Below, one piece after another: positions 39,245 to 49,369 of a stretch of 53,984 nucleotides of DNA (its first letter is position 1; every line of letters begins with the position of its first letter). Origin of the DNA: Opitutales bacterium (GTDB lineage: Bacteria > Verrucomicrobiota > Verrucomicrobiia > Opitutales > JAFGAQ01); the NCBI GenBank assembly GCA_022361075.1, contig JAKSBQ010000079.1, positions 1 through 53,984 on the forward strand, given 5' to 3'. The notes under the pieces were generated by a model that was not told the DNA's origin, did not search any database, and saw nothing but the letters and a program-made list of their open reading frames with translations. Both the position numbers and the translations under genes were made by a program.

Positions 39245-40036
39245 ATGAAATTGATTGACTCTCTTGAACGAAGATTCGGGTGGATCGCCATCCCGAACCT
39301 GATCATTTATCTGGTTATCGGACAGGTGTTAGTCTGGGCGATGCGGACCTTTTTAAACTACCCGATGGATGCGATATCCCTTGTACCTTTGCTCGTCGCT
39401 CAAGGAGAGGTTTGGAGGCTTTTCACGTTCGCGTTTTTTCCGCCGGAGATGCACCCGCTTTTCCTGATTTTTGCGTGGTACATTTTGTTCATGATGGGTA
39501 ATGCTTTAGAGCATTATTGGGGAAGCTTTCGATTCACGCTTTACGTTCTTTCGGGACTTCTTTTTTCAGTTGTGGCAGCTGGTATCGCTTTGTTTCTGTA
39601 CCCCAACGTAGTCATCTCGAACATTTTTATAAGCAGTTCGATCTTTCTTGCGTTTGCCTTCTTAAATCCGGATTACGAATTCCTGCTCTTTTTCATACTA
39701 CCCGTTAAAGTGAAATGGTTGGCAATGCTGACATGGATTCTTCTTTTGGTCAGCTTTTTAAGCAGTCCTTTGATTGGAAAGGTCATCATTCTCGCCGGAG
39801 TTGGAAATTTTTTCCTGTTTTTCGGGAAAGACGTGGTTCAGATGTTTCGAAACTTTGGAAATCGCACCCAACGGCGTGCCAAAGCCAAAGCGGCAAAACC
39901 ATCCGAGGAAGAACCTTTTCACGTTTGTTCCGTTTGTGGTACGACTGACCTCAAAGAGCCGGAGCTTCACTTCGTTTATAAAGATGGAGTCGGAATTTGT
40001 GAACGTTGTCTCAACAAAGCAAAAAACAGCGATTAG
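39245..40036 (+). CDS. Rhomboid-like/Der1-like membrane protein with a C-terminal Cys motif
   Basis: GEVWRLFTF, MGNALEHYWG, FAFLNPD..LLFFILPVKVKW; C-terminal HVCSVCG...CERC. Confidence 0.75.
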   Translation: MKLIDSLERRFGWIAIPNLIIYLVIGQVLVWAMRTFLNYPMDAISLVPLLVAQGEVWRLFTFAFFPPEMHPLFLIFAWYILFMMGNALEHYWGSFRFTLYVLSGLLFSVVAAGIALFLYPNVVISNIFISSSIFLAFAFLNPDYEFLLFFILPVKVKWLAMLTWILLLVSFLSSPLIGKVIILAGVGNFFLFFGKDVVQMFRNFGNRTQRRAKAKAAKPSEEEPFHVCSVCGTTDLKEPELHFVYKDGVGICERCLNKAKNSD

Positions 40037-40103
40037 ATCAGGCGATATGTTTCAAATGAAACTGGGCTTAATCTTGTTATCAATTATCCGTATGATGTAA
40101 GTC

Positions 40104-40520
40104 GTGAGTAAGTTTTTCTCAGTTATTCTAGCATTACTCGTCGCATTTGGGGCGAAGATCAATGCGGAGCTGTGTAATCATGAGTCTGGCGGAATACATG
40201 TATTCTGGGGTGAAAATTGCGAGGGAGATCATCACCATCACTCGGAACATGATCATCATAGCCATGATCACGATCAAGGGGAGCATCATGAACCTTGCGA
40301 ACACACAATCATCTCAACGGATTGGGAATTTGCTCAGACACATGCAAATGTTTCGGTTAATAGTTTTCCCGAGGTTACATTTGTTCCGGGAAAAGTTTAC
40401 CATACAAACGAGAATTTAAGCCATCGTTTCGAGGAGAATTCTCGGTTAAAGGCAAGGGCGCCTCCTTTGATTCCTTGTGGCCTGGTTCAGTATACCAGAT
40501 CTGTTCGTTTCCTTAATTGA
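40104..40520 (+). CDS. His/Cys-rich exported leader protein (CzcI/DUF2946-like) with a RAPP motif
   Basis: Signal peptide, LCNHESGGIH, HHHHSEHDHHSHDHDQGEHHEPCEH, and RAPP at 40455-40466. Confidence 0.75.
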   Translation: MSKFFSVILALLVAFGAKINAELCNHESGGIHVFWGENCEGDHHHHSEHDHHSHDHDQGEHHEPCEHTIISTDWEFAQTHANVSVNSFPEVTFVPGKVYHTNENLSHRFEENSRLKARAPPLIPCGLVQYTRSVRFLN

Positions 40521-40640
40521 TTCTTCATTTTCGTTATTTCGCGCTGAGGCGATTGCATCGCTTTGGTTCAGTCCAACGTCTGTTGGAAGGAAATAGCTCC
40601 TGTCTGTGAGCTAAATTGAAAACGAAAATTGAAGAACAAT

Positions 40641-41915
40641 ATGAATTTAAAATTATCTTTTCGGAGTAGGATTTCTCCGAATCATTTACAACTCATCGGC
40701 GTATTGTTGATGTTAGGACCATTTGGTTGGACCTCTCACTCAATCGCCGAAATATCGCTGAAAAATGTCATTGATTCAGCTTATGAACAACAGCAGATAA
40801 ATGCGCAGGTTGTTCATGAAGAAAATATTTCGATAGCCCGCATCAAACATGCTCGTTCGTTTCCGAATCCAAGAGTTTTTTGGGAAGAGGAAAGGTTGTC
40901 CGGCAATAATTTTGGAGACTCAAAAGAAACCAAAATTGGGATTTCTACTTCACTCGATTTTTTATGGAATCGAGTATCGCAGATTGAAGCTGCCGAGTTA
41001 AGACAAGAAGTTGCTCTCTACGATATCGAATTAAAACGAGTCGGCATCGCTGAACAAGTTGTTCAGTCTTTGATGAGAATGTGTATCGAAAAGAAACGGC
41101 TCGATTCACTTGAACGGGTTAATCGATATCTTGATGACTTCTATCAGGCTGTGAGTGCATCAATTGAAGCGGGTGCGGTTCCCTCAACGAGCCTTAAGAT
41201 GGTTGAAATAACTCAGGATCGATACCGTTCATTGATGCTCGAATCAAAGTTGAGCTTGAAAAATGCTCATATTGCGATCACTCACCAAACAGGTAGTTCA
41301 GATTGGAACATCGAAAGTCTTGAAATCACTGACTCTGGGTTTCCATTTTTGGATGTAGAATCTGCTGTCGCCTATGCTAAGTCGCATCACCCTGAAATTA
41401 GGAAAGCTAAATCCCAATTAGAATGGTTGCGTGCAGAGAGCAGATCTGCAAATCGAAAGAAACTTCCAAAAGCATCACTTGATGTCGGGGGATTGCAAAA
41501 CGAAAGTGGACAAGACGGTAGTTACATTGGATTGTCTGTAGATCTTCCGTTTTTTGCGAAAACAGGCTCTCTTGCCGAAATTGCAAAAGTTGAAGCTGAG
41601 AAAGTCGAAACTGAACTTAAGCGAATCGCTCTCATTTTTGAGAGCGCAGTGAAGCAAGTTTACAGAGCTTGGCAGGTTCATTCAGAACGCTGGGAAAATC
41701 GACCTTCTGAAGCCAAGTATGAAGAATTGGTTGAGAACTCTTCCAACCTATTTCTAGCGGGTGAATACACTTTGTTGGAACACCTAGGCACGATCGAATC
41801 TTACTATCAGGGGATCGATTCAATTTTAAATAGGGAGAGCAAATTTCTCGAATCTACGATCCGTCTGGCGACTGAGACAGGAGCGGAAATTCCCCTAATC
41901 ATTATCGAACAATAA
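40641..41915 (+). CDS. TolC/CzcC-type outer membrane efflux protein
   Basis: FPNP, helical repeats, IGLSVDLPFF, LAGEYTLLE; first gene of the RND trio. Confidence 0.82.
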   Translation: MNLKLSFRSRISPNHLQLIGVLLMLGPFGWTSHSIAEISLKNVIDSAYEQQQINAQVVHEENISIARIKHARSFPNPRVFWEEERLSGNNFGDSKETKIGISTSLDFLWNRVSQIEAAELRQEVALYDIELKRVGIAEQVVQSLMRMCIEKKRLDSLERVNRYLDDFYQAVSASIEAGAVPSTSLKMVEITQDRYRSLMLESKLSLKNAHIAITHQTGSSDWNIESLEITDSGFPFLDVESAVAYAKSHHPEIRKAKSQLEWLRAESRSANRKKLPKASLDVGGLQNESGQDGSYIGLSVDLPFFAKTGSLAEIAKVEAEKVETELKRIALIFESAVKQVYRAWQVHSERWENRPSEAKYEELVENSSNLFLAGEYTLLEHLGTIESYYQGIDSILNRESKFLESTIRLATETGAEIPLIIIEQ

Positions 41916-41920
41916 GAACC

Positions 41921-43531
41921 ATGAAACTTTATTTTAAAAACTATATTAATCTGATGCTTTGGCTCCCAATCGTCTTGGTGATCAATCAAAGCCTTTACGC
42001 TCAACATTCTCATGACGATCATGCGCACGACCACAGTGATTCCTCGCATGATTCCCATAATCATAGAGACGACCATGCAGATCATGGGAACGGAGGCCAC
42101 GACCATGATAACGGGGAAGCTTCCGTCACAGTTGTTACTCAATATATGGATGCCTCAGAATTGTTTATGGAGCACCCAAGTTTGGTAAAAGGCCGTAGTG
42201 CGAGACTCATCGTCCATCTTACACGACTATCGGATTTCACTCCCATCACAAAAGGTCGTTTGGAGGTGAAATTGATTTCTCCTTTTGGCGAAAAATACAC
42301 CGTGACCTCCAATGCCCCAGCTAGAGATGGTATTTTTTTACCTGAGATCGTTCCACCATTCAACGGTGACTCCTTAATGGAACTTAAACTAGTGAGTGAA
42401 CAACTTGAGGTAACTCACGTAATTCCAAACGTAGTGATTTATGCGGATGAACATGATGTTCCTCCGGCTGAAGAGGAAAAAGAAAATCCGAATATGATTT
42501 CTTTTCTAAAAGAGCAGCAATGGAAAATCGATTACGCAACCGTTGCAGCAGAGGATCGTAAAGTTAGTAAGAGCATATCGGCTTCCGGAGAAATCGTGAT
42601 TCCTTCAGACGGGCGATTTGTTGTTTCTGCACCTTTTGCGGGAATCGTAGAGATGATTGAGGAAGTAGATTTGAATCGTGGAGATTATCTCACTGATGGA
42701 CAGGTGCTTTTTACCATTCGACCTAATTCATCAAGTTCTGATGGGTTGGTTAAACTTCAGAAAGATTATTTGCTGGCAAGAGTGGAGTTTCAAAAGGTAA
42801 AGAAATTGCACGAAAGCAACGCTGCTTCGTTGGAACGTCTTGAAATCGCTCGAATCGAGTTGGAAACACTCGTGCGCTCTATCGAAAATCTTGGTCTGAA
42901 ACCGGAGGAACTGATGAGCTCGTTAAGTGGCATTAAGGTTATTTCGCCAACGTCTGGTGTGCTCGAGGAGATCTTTTTTGCTCAAGGACAACAAGTGGAA
43001 GAAGGTCAACGCTTGGCCAGTATGCACAACGATTCATTTGTGTTGCTGAGGGTAAAGGTCCCCACATCTAGACTGATGCAGGTCGGCGAAGTCGACGACG
43101 CAATTTTTCAGCCTCTGGGGAGTTCTGATATTTTCAAAATTTCCGATCTTTCAGGGGTTAGAACTTCTGGAGCGATCATCAAAGACTCTCATACAGGGTT
43201 TAGTGTCCTTAGTTTCTTGATTCCCAATGATGAACATCAGTTTTTTGAGGGTATCAAGGGACCTGTTGAGCTCCTTACTAAAGTGGAAAAACCTTCAATT
43301 GCTGTGCCAGTTTCTGCAGTTAGGGAAGAGGATGGTTTTCCAGTCATTTATGTTCAGGTAGACGGTGAGACTGTGGAACGTCGCATTCCGAAGCTCGGAA
43401 ACTCTGATGGGCAATGGATCGAAGTGATCAATGGTATCGAAGTTGGAGAAAGAGTCGTCACTGAAGGAGCGACCTTTATCCGACTGTCAACGATGTCCAG
43501 TGATGAAATGGGACATGGGCACGCTCACTAA
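41921..43531 (+). CDS. RND periplasmic adaptor (CzcB-like) with His-rich termini
   Basis: His/Asp-rich N-terminus, ELFMEHP, ISFLKEQQWK, SPTSG lipoyl-like motif, GERVVTEGA, C-terminal GHGHAH. Confidence 0.9.
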   Translation: MKLYFKNYINLMLWLPIVLVINQSLYAQHSHDDHAHDHSDSSHDSHNHRDDHADHGNGGHDHDNGEASVTVVTQYMDASELFMEHPSLVKGRSARLIVHLTRLSDFTPITKGRLEVKLISPFGEKYTVTSNAPARDGIFLPEIVPPFNGDSLMELKLVSEQLEVTHVIPNVVIYADEHDVPPAEEEKENPNMISFLKEQQWKIDYATVAAEDRKVSKSISASGEIVIPSDGRFVVSAPFAGIVEMIEEVDLNRGDYLTDGQVLFTIRPNSSSSDGLVKLQKDYLLARVEFQKVKKLHESNAASLERLEIARIELETLVRSIENLGLKPEELMSSLSGIKVISPTSGVLEEIFFAQGQQVEEGQRLASMHNDSFVLLRVKVPTSRLMQVGEVDDAIFQPLGSSDIFKISDLSGVRTSGAIIKDSHTGFSVLSFLIPNDEHQFFEGIKGPVELLTKVEKPSIAVPVSAVREEDGFPVIYVQVDGETVERRIPKLGNSDGQWIEVINGIEVGERVVTEGATFIRLSTMSSDEMGHGHAH

Positions 43532-43546
43532 CTGGAGGAAACAATC

Positions 43547-46500
43547 ATGTTTGATGCAATCATACGATTTTCTTTAGGAAATCGACTGCTGATCATCCTA
43601 TCAGCCATCACACTGCTGATCGTAGGAACGTATACCGCGCTGAAATTGCCAGTTGATGTGTTTCCCGATCTGAATGCGCCAACAGTTACACTCCTCACCG
43701 AAGCTCATGGAATGGCACCCGAGCAGGTGGAGTCCTTGGTGACACTTCCGATTGAATCTACCGTGAATGGTGCAACAGGAGTTCGCCGAGTTCGATCATT
43801 TTCATCGTCAGGAGTGAGTATTGTACATGTCGAGTTTGATTGGGATATGGATGTCTACAATGCCCGACAAATTGTGGCGGAGAAACTTCAGGCGACATTG
43901 AACACGCTGCCAGAAGGCATTGAAGCACCTCAAATGGATCCTATGTCATCCATCATGGGTGAAATCATGCTGATCGGACTCTATTCGGAGCAAAAGGATG
44001 GAGAACCCGTCGTATCGTCGGTGGATCTCAGAACGATGGCTGATTGGACAATTCGAAGGCGTTTGTTGGCCGTTCCGGGTGTCGCTCAAGTGGTCACGAT
44101 CGGAGGCAAAGTTAAGGAATTCCAGATCAACTTGAACCCTCAGAAAATGTTGAGTTATGGAATTACTTTACACGACGCAATGACAGCGGCTCAAGAAGCG
44201 AGTGAAAATGCATCAGGCGGTGTCATTCGAGACAATGGAAAAGAATACCAGATTCGTGGACTCGGTAGAGCTTACCATGTGGATCATCTAAGTGATTCGG
44301 TCGTTACCGTTATTGATGGTGTTCCGATTTTGTTCAGTGACATAGCCGACGTAAAAGTGGGGACTGCTGTTAGTTTTGGTAGTGCTTCAGCTGACGCAAA
44401 AGACGCTGTTGTTCTATCTGTAACCAAGCAACCTGGCGCCAACACGCTTGAGCTAACTGAAAAAATCGATGAGGTGCTTTCAGAAATTCAAAACTCATTG
44501 CCCGAAGGGATGTTGCTACAAGAGAATTCGTTCCGTCAGTCCGAGTTCATTGAAGTTGCGATCCACAATGTATTAGTAGCGTTACGCGATGGAGCGTTTC
44601 TGGTCATCATCGTTCTCTTCCTGTTCCTTGGAAACTTCAGGATCACTTTCATTTCGGTTCTAGCGATGCCTTTGTCCATTGCCGTGACTTTTCTGGTGTT
44701 CCGATTGATGGAAATATCGATCAATACGATGACATTGGGAGGGATTGGCATTGCCATTGGAGCTTTGGTGGATGACGCCATCATCGATATCGAAAATGTG
44801 TATAGACGTTTGAGGGAAAATTTTAAGCTTCCCAAGAAAGAACGTTCACCCATTAACGATATAGTCTTTTCGGCCTCAAAAGAGATTCGAAAACCAATGA
44901 TCAGTGCCACATTGATCATAACTGTAGTATTCTTACCTTTGTTTTTCTTGAGTGGAGTTGAGGGGAGATTGCTGCAACCAATGGGCATTGCCTACATTAT
45001 TTCGATTTTCGCTAGTTTGTTGATTGCCCTTAGTATCACGCCTGTTCTGGCATCGATTTTACTCTCATCAGAAAAACTTTATCGCAAAAACGAGGATGGT
45101 TGGCTCTCCGGCTTTCTGAAGCCCATCTACAGTGCAAGTTTGAAAGTCGTGTTGAAGCACACATGGATTGCTTTAGGTGGAGCAACGTTAATCTTAGCAA
45201 CAGCGATCGTCATCGCCCCCAAACTAGGTAGATCCTTTTTGCCTGAGTTCAATGAAGGAGCTTTAACGATTTCCTATGTGTCTGCACCTGACATTTCTTT
45301 GCATGAATCGACCAAACTGGGGATTCAGGCAGAGGAGAAACTCCTTGAGATTAAAGGAGTTAAAAGTGTGCAACGCAGAACAGGTCGTGGTGAATTGGAT
45401 GAACACGCTCAACCGGTAAATGCGGGTGAGATTGAAGTTGTCATCGATATCAATGAATTGGATCGGGAAGTTGCGATGGAGGAAGCTCGCCATACGTTGG
45501 CCGACATTGCGGGAGTTCAGTTCACAGTAGGGCAACCCATTAGTCACCGTATTGATCATATGTTATCCGGTACTCGAGCAAGTATTGCAGTCAAGATATT
45601 CGGATCAGACTTGGCTCAGCTCCGAAGAATCGGTGAGAAGGTTGAGCACGAGATGGAAGGAGTCGAAGGTATTGTCGATTTGGCAGTTGAACCGATGGTG
45701 AATATTCCGCAGATCTCGATCCGTTTTAATCGGAAAATGATGGCGCAGCATGGAGTAACATCAGGCCAACTTGCAGAGTTCGTCGATGGCGCTTTTAACG
45801 GAGAAAAGGTAGGCCGTGTTTTGGAAGGACAAAAGACATTCGATATTGTTATCCGATACGATGACGCCTACCGAAACAACATTGAACGACTCAAAGATGC
45901 ATTGGTTTCAACCAATACGGGAGCCATGTTGCCTTTGTCCGATTTTGCATCAGTCGAATACGATCTGGGTCCAAATCAAATTGGTCGTGAAAATGCTCAG
46001 AGAAAATTGGTTGTACAAGCGAATGTCGCCAATCGTGACCTTGGTAGCATCATCAAAGAGCTTCAATCAGAAATAGAATCCAATGTGGACCTGCCACGAG
46101 GATATTACATTGAATACGGTGGCCAATTTGAGAGCGAACAGACAGCCAGTAAGGTAATCACACTTATCTCAGTGGTTTCATTGCTGATCATCGTGTTGAT
46201 TCTTTATTACGAGTTTCGCACTTTCAAAGATACGCTGATAGCACTGGTAAATATGCCACTTGCGCTGATTGGTGGAATATGGGCTGTCGCTCTAACCGGA
46301 GGCGTCGTGAGTGTGGCTTCTCTGGTGGGTTTCATCACATTATTTGGGATTGCTGCAAGGAACGGTATTCTTCTGATTTCTCACTACCAAAATCTCATCA
46401 AAGAGGGATTACCCTTTCAGGAAGCTATTCACCGAGGATCGCAGGAGAGATTAAATCCCATCCTAATGACAGCCCTCACTGCAGGACTAGCCCTTATACC

Positions 46501-46639
46501 ACTTGCCCTTGGGCAGGGAGAACCCGGAAAAGAAATCGAAGCGCCCATGGCGATCGTCATTCTGGGAGGACTACTGACATCCACATTCTTAAATATGTAT
46601 GTCATTCCGAGTTTATATTCTATTTTGAAGAGGAACTAG
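43547..46639 (+). CDS. Heavy-metal efflux RND permease (CzcA/CusA family)
   Basis: LPVDVFPDL, IAIGALVDDAIIDIEN, FLPEFNEG, ERLNPILMTA. Confidence 0.96.
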   Translation: MFDAIIRFSLGNRLLIILSAITLLIVGTYTALKLPVDVFPDLNAPTVTLLTEAHGMAPEQVESLVTLPIESTVNGATGVRRVRSFSSSGVSIVHVEFDWDMDVYNARQIVAEKLQATLNTLPEGIEAPQMDPMSSIMGEIMLIGLYSEQKDGEPVVSSVDLRTMADWTIRRRLLAVPGVAQVVTIGGKVKEFQINLNPQKMLSYGITLHDAMTAAQEASENASGGVIRDNGKEYQIRGLGRAYHVDHLSDSVVTVIDGVPILFSDIADVKVGTAVSFGSASADAKDAVVLSVTKQPGANTLELTEKIDEVLSEIQNSLPEGMLLQENSFRQSEFIEVAIHNVLVALRDGAFLVIIVLFLFLGNFRITFISVLAMPLSIAVTFLVFRLMEISINTMTLGGIGIAIGALVDDAIIDIENVYRRLRENFKLPKKERSPINDIVFSASKEIRKPMISATLIITVVFLPLFFLSGVEGRLLQPMGIAYIISIFASLLIALSITPVLASILLSSEKLYRKNEDGWLSGFLKPIYSASLKVVLKHTWIALGGATLILATAIVIAPKLGRSFLPEFNEGALTISYVSAPDISLHESTKLGIQAEEKLLEIKGVKSVQRRTGRGELDEHAQPVNAGEIEVVIDINELDREVAMEEARHTLADIAGVQFTVGQPISHRIDHMLSGTRASIAVKIFGSDLAQLRRIGEKVEHEMEGVEGIVDLAVEPMVNIPQISIRFNRKMMAQHGVTSGQLAEFVDGAFNGEKVGRVLEGQKTFDIVIRYDDAYRNNIERLKDALVSTNTGAMLPLSDFASVEYDLGPNQIGRENAQRKLVVQANVANRDLGSIIKELQSEIESNVDLPRGYYIEYGGQFESEQTASKVITLISVVSLLIIVLILYYEFRTFKDTLIALVNMPLALIGGIWAVALTGGVVSVASLVGFITLFGIAARNGILLISHYQNLIKEGLPFQEAIHRGSQERLNPILMTALTAGLALIPLALGQGEPGKEIEAPMAIVILGGLLTSTFLNMYVIPSLYSILKRN

Positions 46640-46697
46640 AGCGTACATCCAGCGGAGGGCACTTTAGGAAAGTTCCTCCGTGTATGCTTTTCTATTT

Positions 46698-47783
46698 TTA
46701 CGCCTCCTCCTCAATCACTTCAAATTCGTCTTCGTATTTGCGATACATGCCTCGCCACTGGTGGTAGGTAAGGTCTAGCAGCTCGGCAGCCTTGCGCTGG
46801 TTGTTCGCAGCTTTGCGGAGGGCTTCTTTCATGAGCGTAGTTTCCATGTCGCGAACGAGATCTTTGATTCCTTTGTTGGGGATTTCCTTTCGGAGAAGAT
46901 CGGTCCAGCTTTTCGATGAATCGACTGAAGGGGTTGTCGGTGGAGAAACGGAAGATGATCCACTTACGGAACCCTCCACGGCTGCATGCATCGAGGGTAG
47001 TTCTCCGTAGGGATATCGAAAGGGTTCGAAATCGAGCTCGGTAATCATCTCGCCCGCAGAGCGGCAAACCGCGCGCTCGACGACGTTCTTCAACTCTCGC
47101 ACATTTCCAGGCCATTGGTGGTTAACGAGTTCATCAATGACGTCGTCGCTGAATTGCGGGATACCGCTGCGACCCATTTCGTGAGTCATTCTGGCGGCGA
47201 AGTGATTTGCGAGTAGAATGATGTCATCTCCTCGTGCGCGAAGCGGAGGCACGAAGATGACCTCGAAAGAAAGCCGATCAAGCAGGTCGAACTTAAACTT
47301 CCCCCTTTTCGCCATTTCAGGGAGATCCGAATTGGTCGCACCAATGATGCGAACGTCGACCGAAATAGTCTCTGAGCTACCGACTCGCTCGAACGAGTTG
47401 TACTCAACAACGCGTAGGATCTTACTTTGCAGTTCAGGTGGTGTTTGACCGATTTCGTCGAGAAATAAAGTGCCTCTGTTTGCAGCTTCGAAACGACCTT
47501 TGCGGCGGCGGCTGGCCCCAGTAAAAGATCCGGCCTCGTGACCGAAGAGTTCATCTTCCAGTAGATTTGCTGAAAGCGCTGCACAATTTAGAGTGACCAG
47601 ATTCTCATCCCAACGCTTAGATAGGTAGTGTAGGCGACGGGCTGCCATTTCCTTCCCCGTGCCTCGTTCGCCAATGATGAGAGCGGGTCGATCAACTTTG
47701 GCAACCTCGCTGAGACGTGCTTGAAAGTCTAGAAAAGCGGTGGATTCGCCAATGGGGTCGGGTAAAGTATCAGAAGCTAACAT
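46698..47783 (-). CDS. pspF: Phage shock protein operon activator (sigma54 enhancer-binding protein)
   Basis: GERGTGKE, LHYLSKRW, GSFTGA, FLDE, DLLDRLSF, WPGNVRELKN, LTYHQWRG HTH; no REC domain. Confidence 0.95.
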   Translation of the reverse strand: MLASDTLPDPIGESTAFLDFQARLSEVAKVDRPALIIGERGTGKEMAARRLHYLSKRWDENLVTLNCAALSANLLEDELFGHEAGSFTGASRRRKGRFEAANRGTLFLDEIGQTPPELQSKILRVVEYNSFERVGSSETISVDVRIIGATNSDLPEMAKRGKFKFDLLDRLSFEVIFVPPLRARGDDIILLANHFAARMTHEMGRSGIPQFSDDVIDELVNHQWPGNVRELKNVVERAVCRSAGEMITELDFEPFRYPYGELPSMHAAVEGSVSGSSSVSPPTTPSVDSSKSWTDLLRKEIPNKGIKDLVRDMETTLMKEALRKAANNQRKAAELLDLTYHQWRGMYRKYEDEFEVIEEEA

Positions 47784-47788
47784 GTGGG

Positions 47789-47826
47789 TTGGTGATTTTC
47801 GCTAAACAGTAAGCGAAATTTACTCA
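47789..47826. promoter_or_regulatory. PspF upstream activating sequences
   Basis: TTGGTGATTTTCGCTAA and TAAGCGAAATTTACTCA resemble enterobacterial PspF UAS. Confidence 0.7.
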
Positions 47827-47867
47827 AATTTGCCAATGAAATCTTTTTGAAAGAAATGTCTAATTTT

Positions 47868-47880
47868 TAAACTGTTGATA
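47868..47880 (-). promoter_or_regulatory. IHF site
   Basis: TATCAACAGTTTA matches WATCAANNNNTTR, between the UAS and the sigma54 promoter. Confidence 0.7.
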
Positions 47881-47909
47881 AAGAGTGCTTTAGGAAAATT
47901 TTGATAAGA

Positions 47910-47926
47910 TTGGCACGTTCTCTGTT
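47910..47926 (+). promoter_or_regulatory. sigma54 (-24/-12) promoter of pspA
   Basis: TTGGCACGTTCTCTGTT: GG-N10-GT, the same -12 variant as E. coli pspA. Confidence 0.8.
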
Positions 47927-47979
47927 AAATAGGTAACCATCAACACTCAGTAGTCTATTATTTAACTAAGGAAATTAAA

Positions 47980-48654
47980 ATGAGCATATTCACAAGATTC
48001 TCAGACATCATCAGTTCCAACATCAACTCGATGTTAGACCGCGCGGAAGATCCGGAAAAAATGATCCGCCTCATGATCCGCGAAATGGAAGACACACTCG
48101 TAGAAATCAAAGCTTCTTGTGCCGGAACTATGGCGCAAATGGCTAAAAGCAAAAGAGAAAAGACAGAGCTTCAGGACAAACTTGATCGTTGGACCGAGCG
48201 GGCCGAGCTAGCAGTAAGCCGCGGAAAGGAAGACCTCGCTCGTGAAGCGCTGGTTGAGAAACGAGCGATCCAAAACCGAATCGACGTGGTGGACGAAGAA
48301 GACAATCGTTTGCAGGAGGTCGTAGACCAATACAAGAAAGACATCAGCGAACTCGAAGCAAAGCTAGAGCAAGCTCGCAACAAGCACAAAGTATTGGTGC
48401 AACGTCACGTTCGCGCTCAGAAGTCTCATCAGGCTCAGAGCAACGTTCGCAAATACAATAACAAAGCAGCGATGATGAAGTTCGACAAATTCGAGCAACG
48501 CATCGAGCGCATGGAAGCAGACGCGGACCTCGTAAACTATGGCGTTAAAAAGGATCTCGATGAGCAGTTTTCTGCGATCGAAACCGACGATGAGATCGAA
48601 AACGAGCTCAAGGCGTTAAAAGAAAAACAGTCACCTAATCCGACTCAGGACTAA
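47980..48654 (+). CDS. pspA: Phage shock protein A
   Basis: MSIFTRFSDIISSNINSMLDRAEDPEKMIRLMIREMEDTLVE, EDLAREAL. Confidence 0.97.
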   Translation: MSIFTRFSDIISSNINSMLDRAEDPEKMIRLMIREMEDTLVEIKASCAGTMAQMAKSKREKTELQDKLDRWTERAELAVSRGKEDLAREALVEKRAIQNRIDVVDEEDNRLQEVVDQYKKDISELEAKLEQARNKHKVLVQRHVRAQKSHQAQSNVRKYNNKAAMMKFDKFEQRIERMEADADLVNYGVKKDLDEQFSAIETDDEIENELKALKEKQSPNPTQD

Positions 48655-48697
48655 ATTTGCGGTTTAGTTATTCTGAAATTCGGATAGAAAGACTCAC

Positions 48698-48946
48698 ATG
48701 GAACCTACCATATTCTTTTTAATTACCGTCGGATTGCCCGTCATATGTGTAACCCTAATCATCATTACGGGTATGCTGATGGCAGCTTTTAAGAAAAAGT
48801 CACCAGATACCGTGAGTAAAGATGACGCCCGCGATTTGCAGGAAATACATCAATCTTTGATTCGACTGGAGCGGCGGATCGACTCCCTCGAAACCATCTA
48901 TTTTGAACTCGACCGCACCCAGAAAGGAAAAAACGATGAGTTATAG
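48698..48946 (+). CDS. PspB-like membrane protein
   Basis: N-terminal TM helix, LERRIDSLETI; lies between pspA and pspC. Confidence 0.75.
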   Translation: MEPTIFFLITVGLPVICVTLIIITGMLMAAFKKKSPDTVSKDDARDLQEIHQSLIRLERRIDSLETIYFELDRTQKGKNDEL

Positions 48947-49343
48947 AAGACATACTCATAGCAGCACAACGACCACGACATACGGACTTTATCGCTCCCG
49001 GAGTGGCATGATTTTTGGGGTCGCTAAAGGCCTTGCGATCAGTTGCAACCTGCCAATCTGGTTAGTCCGATTTTTGTTTGTTTTCATCGGTATACTCACA
49101 CAGTTTTTGCCTGCGCTCTTAGTTTACGCAGTGTTGGCAGTTATCATGCGACCTGAACCTGTAATTGACTTCACTTCTGATGAAGAGCGTGAGTTTTACA
49201 ACACCTACGGTGACTCCCGCGGATCAGCAGTTGGGAGGATCAAATCGATTCTCGGAAAGCTTGATAAACGTGTTCAACGTCTTGAGAATGCGGTGACAGA
49301 TCCCGAAAAGGACTGGGAACGCCGATTCCGTAATTCGTCTTAA
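48936..49343 (+). CDS. pspC: Phage shock protein C
   Basis: LYRSRSGMIFGVAKGLA, VRFLFV, LVYAVLAVIM, KRVQRLENAVT. Confidence 0.9.
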   Translation: MSYRRHTHSSTTTTTYGLYRSRSGMIFGVAKGLAISCNLPIWLVRFLFVFIGILTQFLPALLVYAVLAVIMRPEPVIDFTSDEEREFYNTYGDSRGSAVGRIKSILGKLDKRVQRLENAVTDPEKDWERRFRNSS

Positions 49344-49369
49344 GACCTAACTCAAAACTACAAGATATC

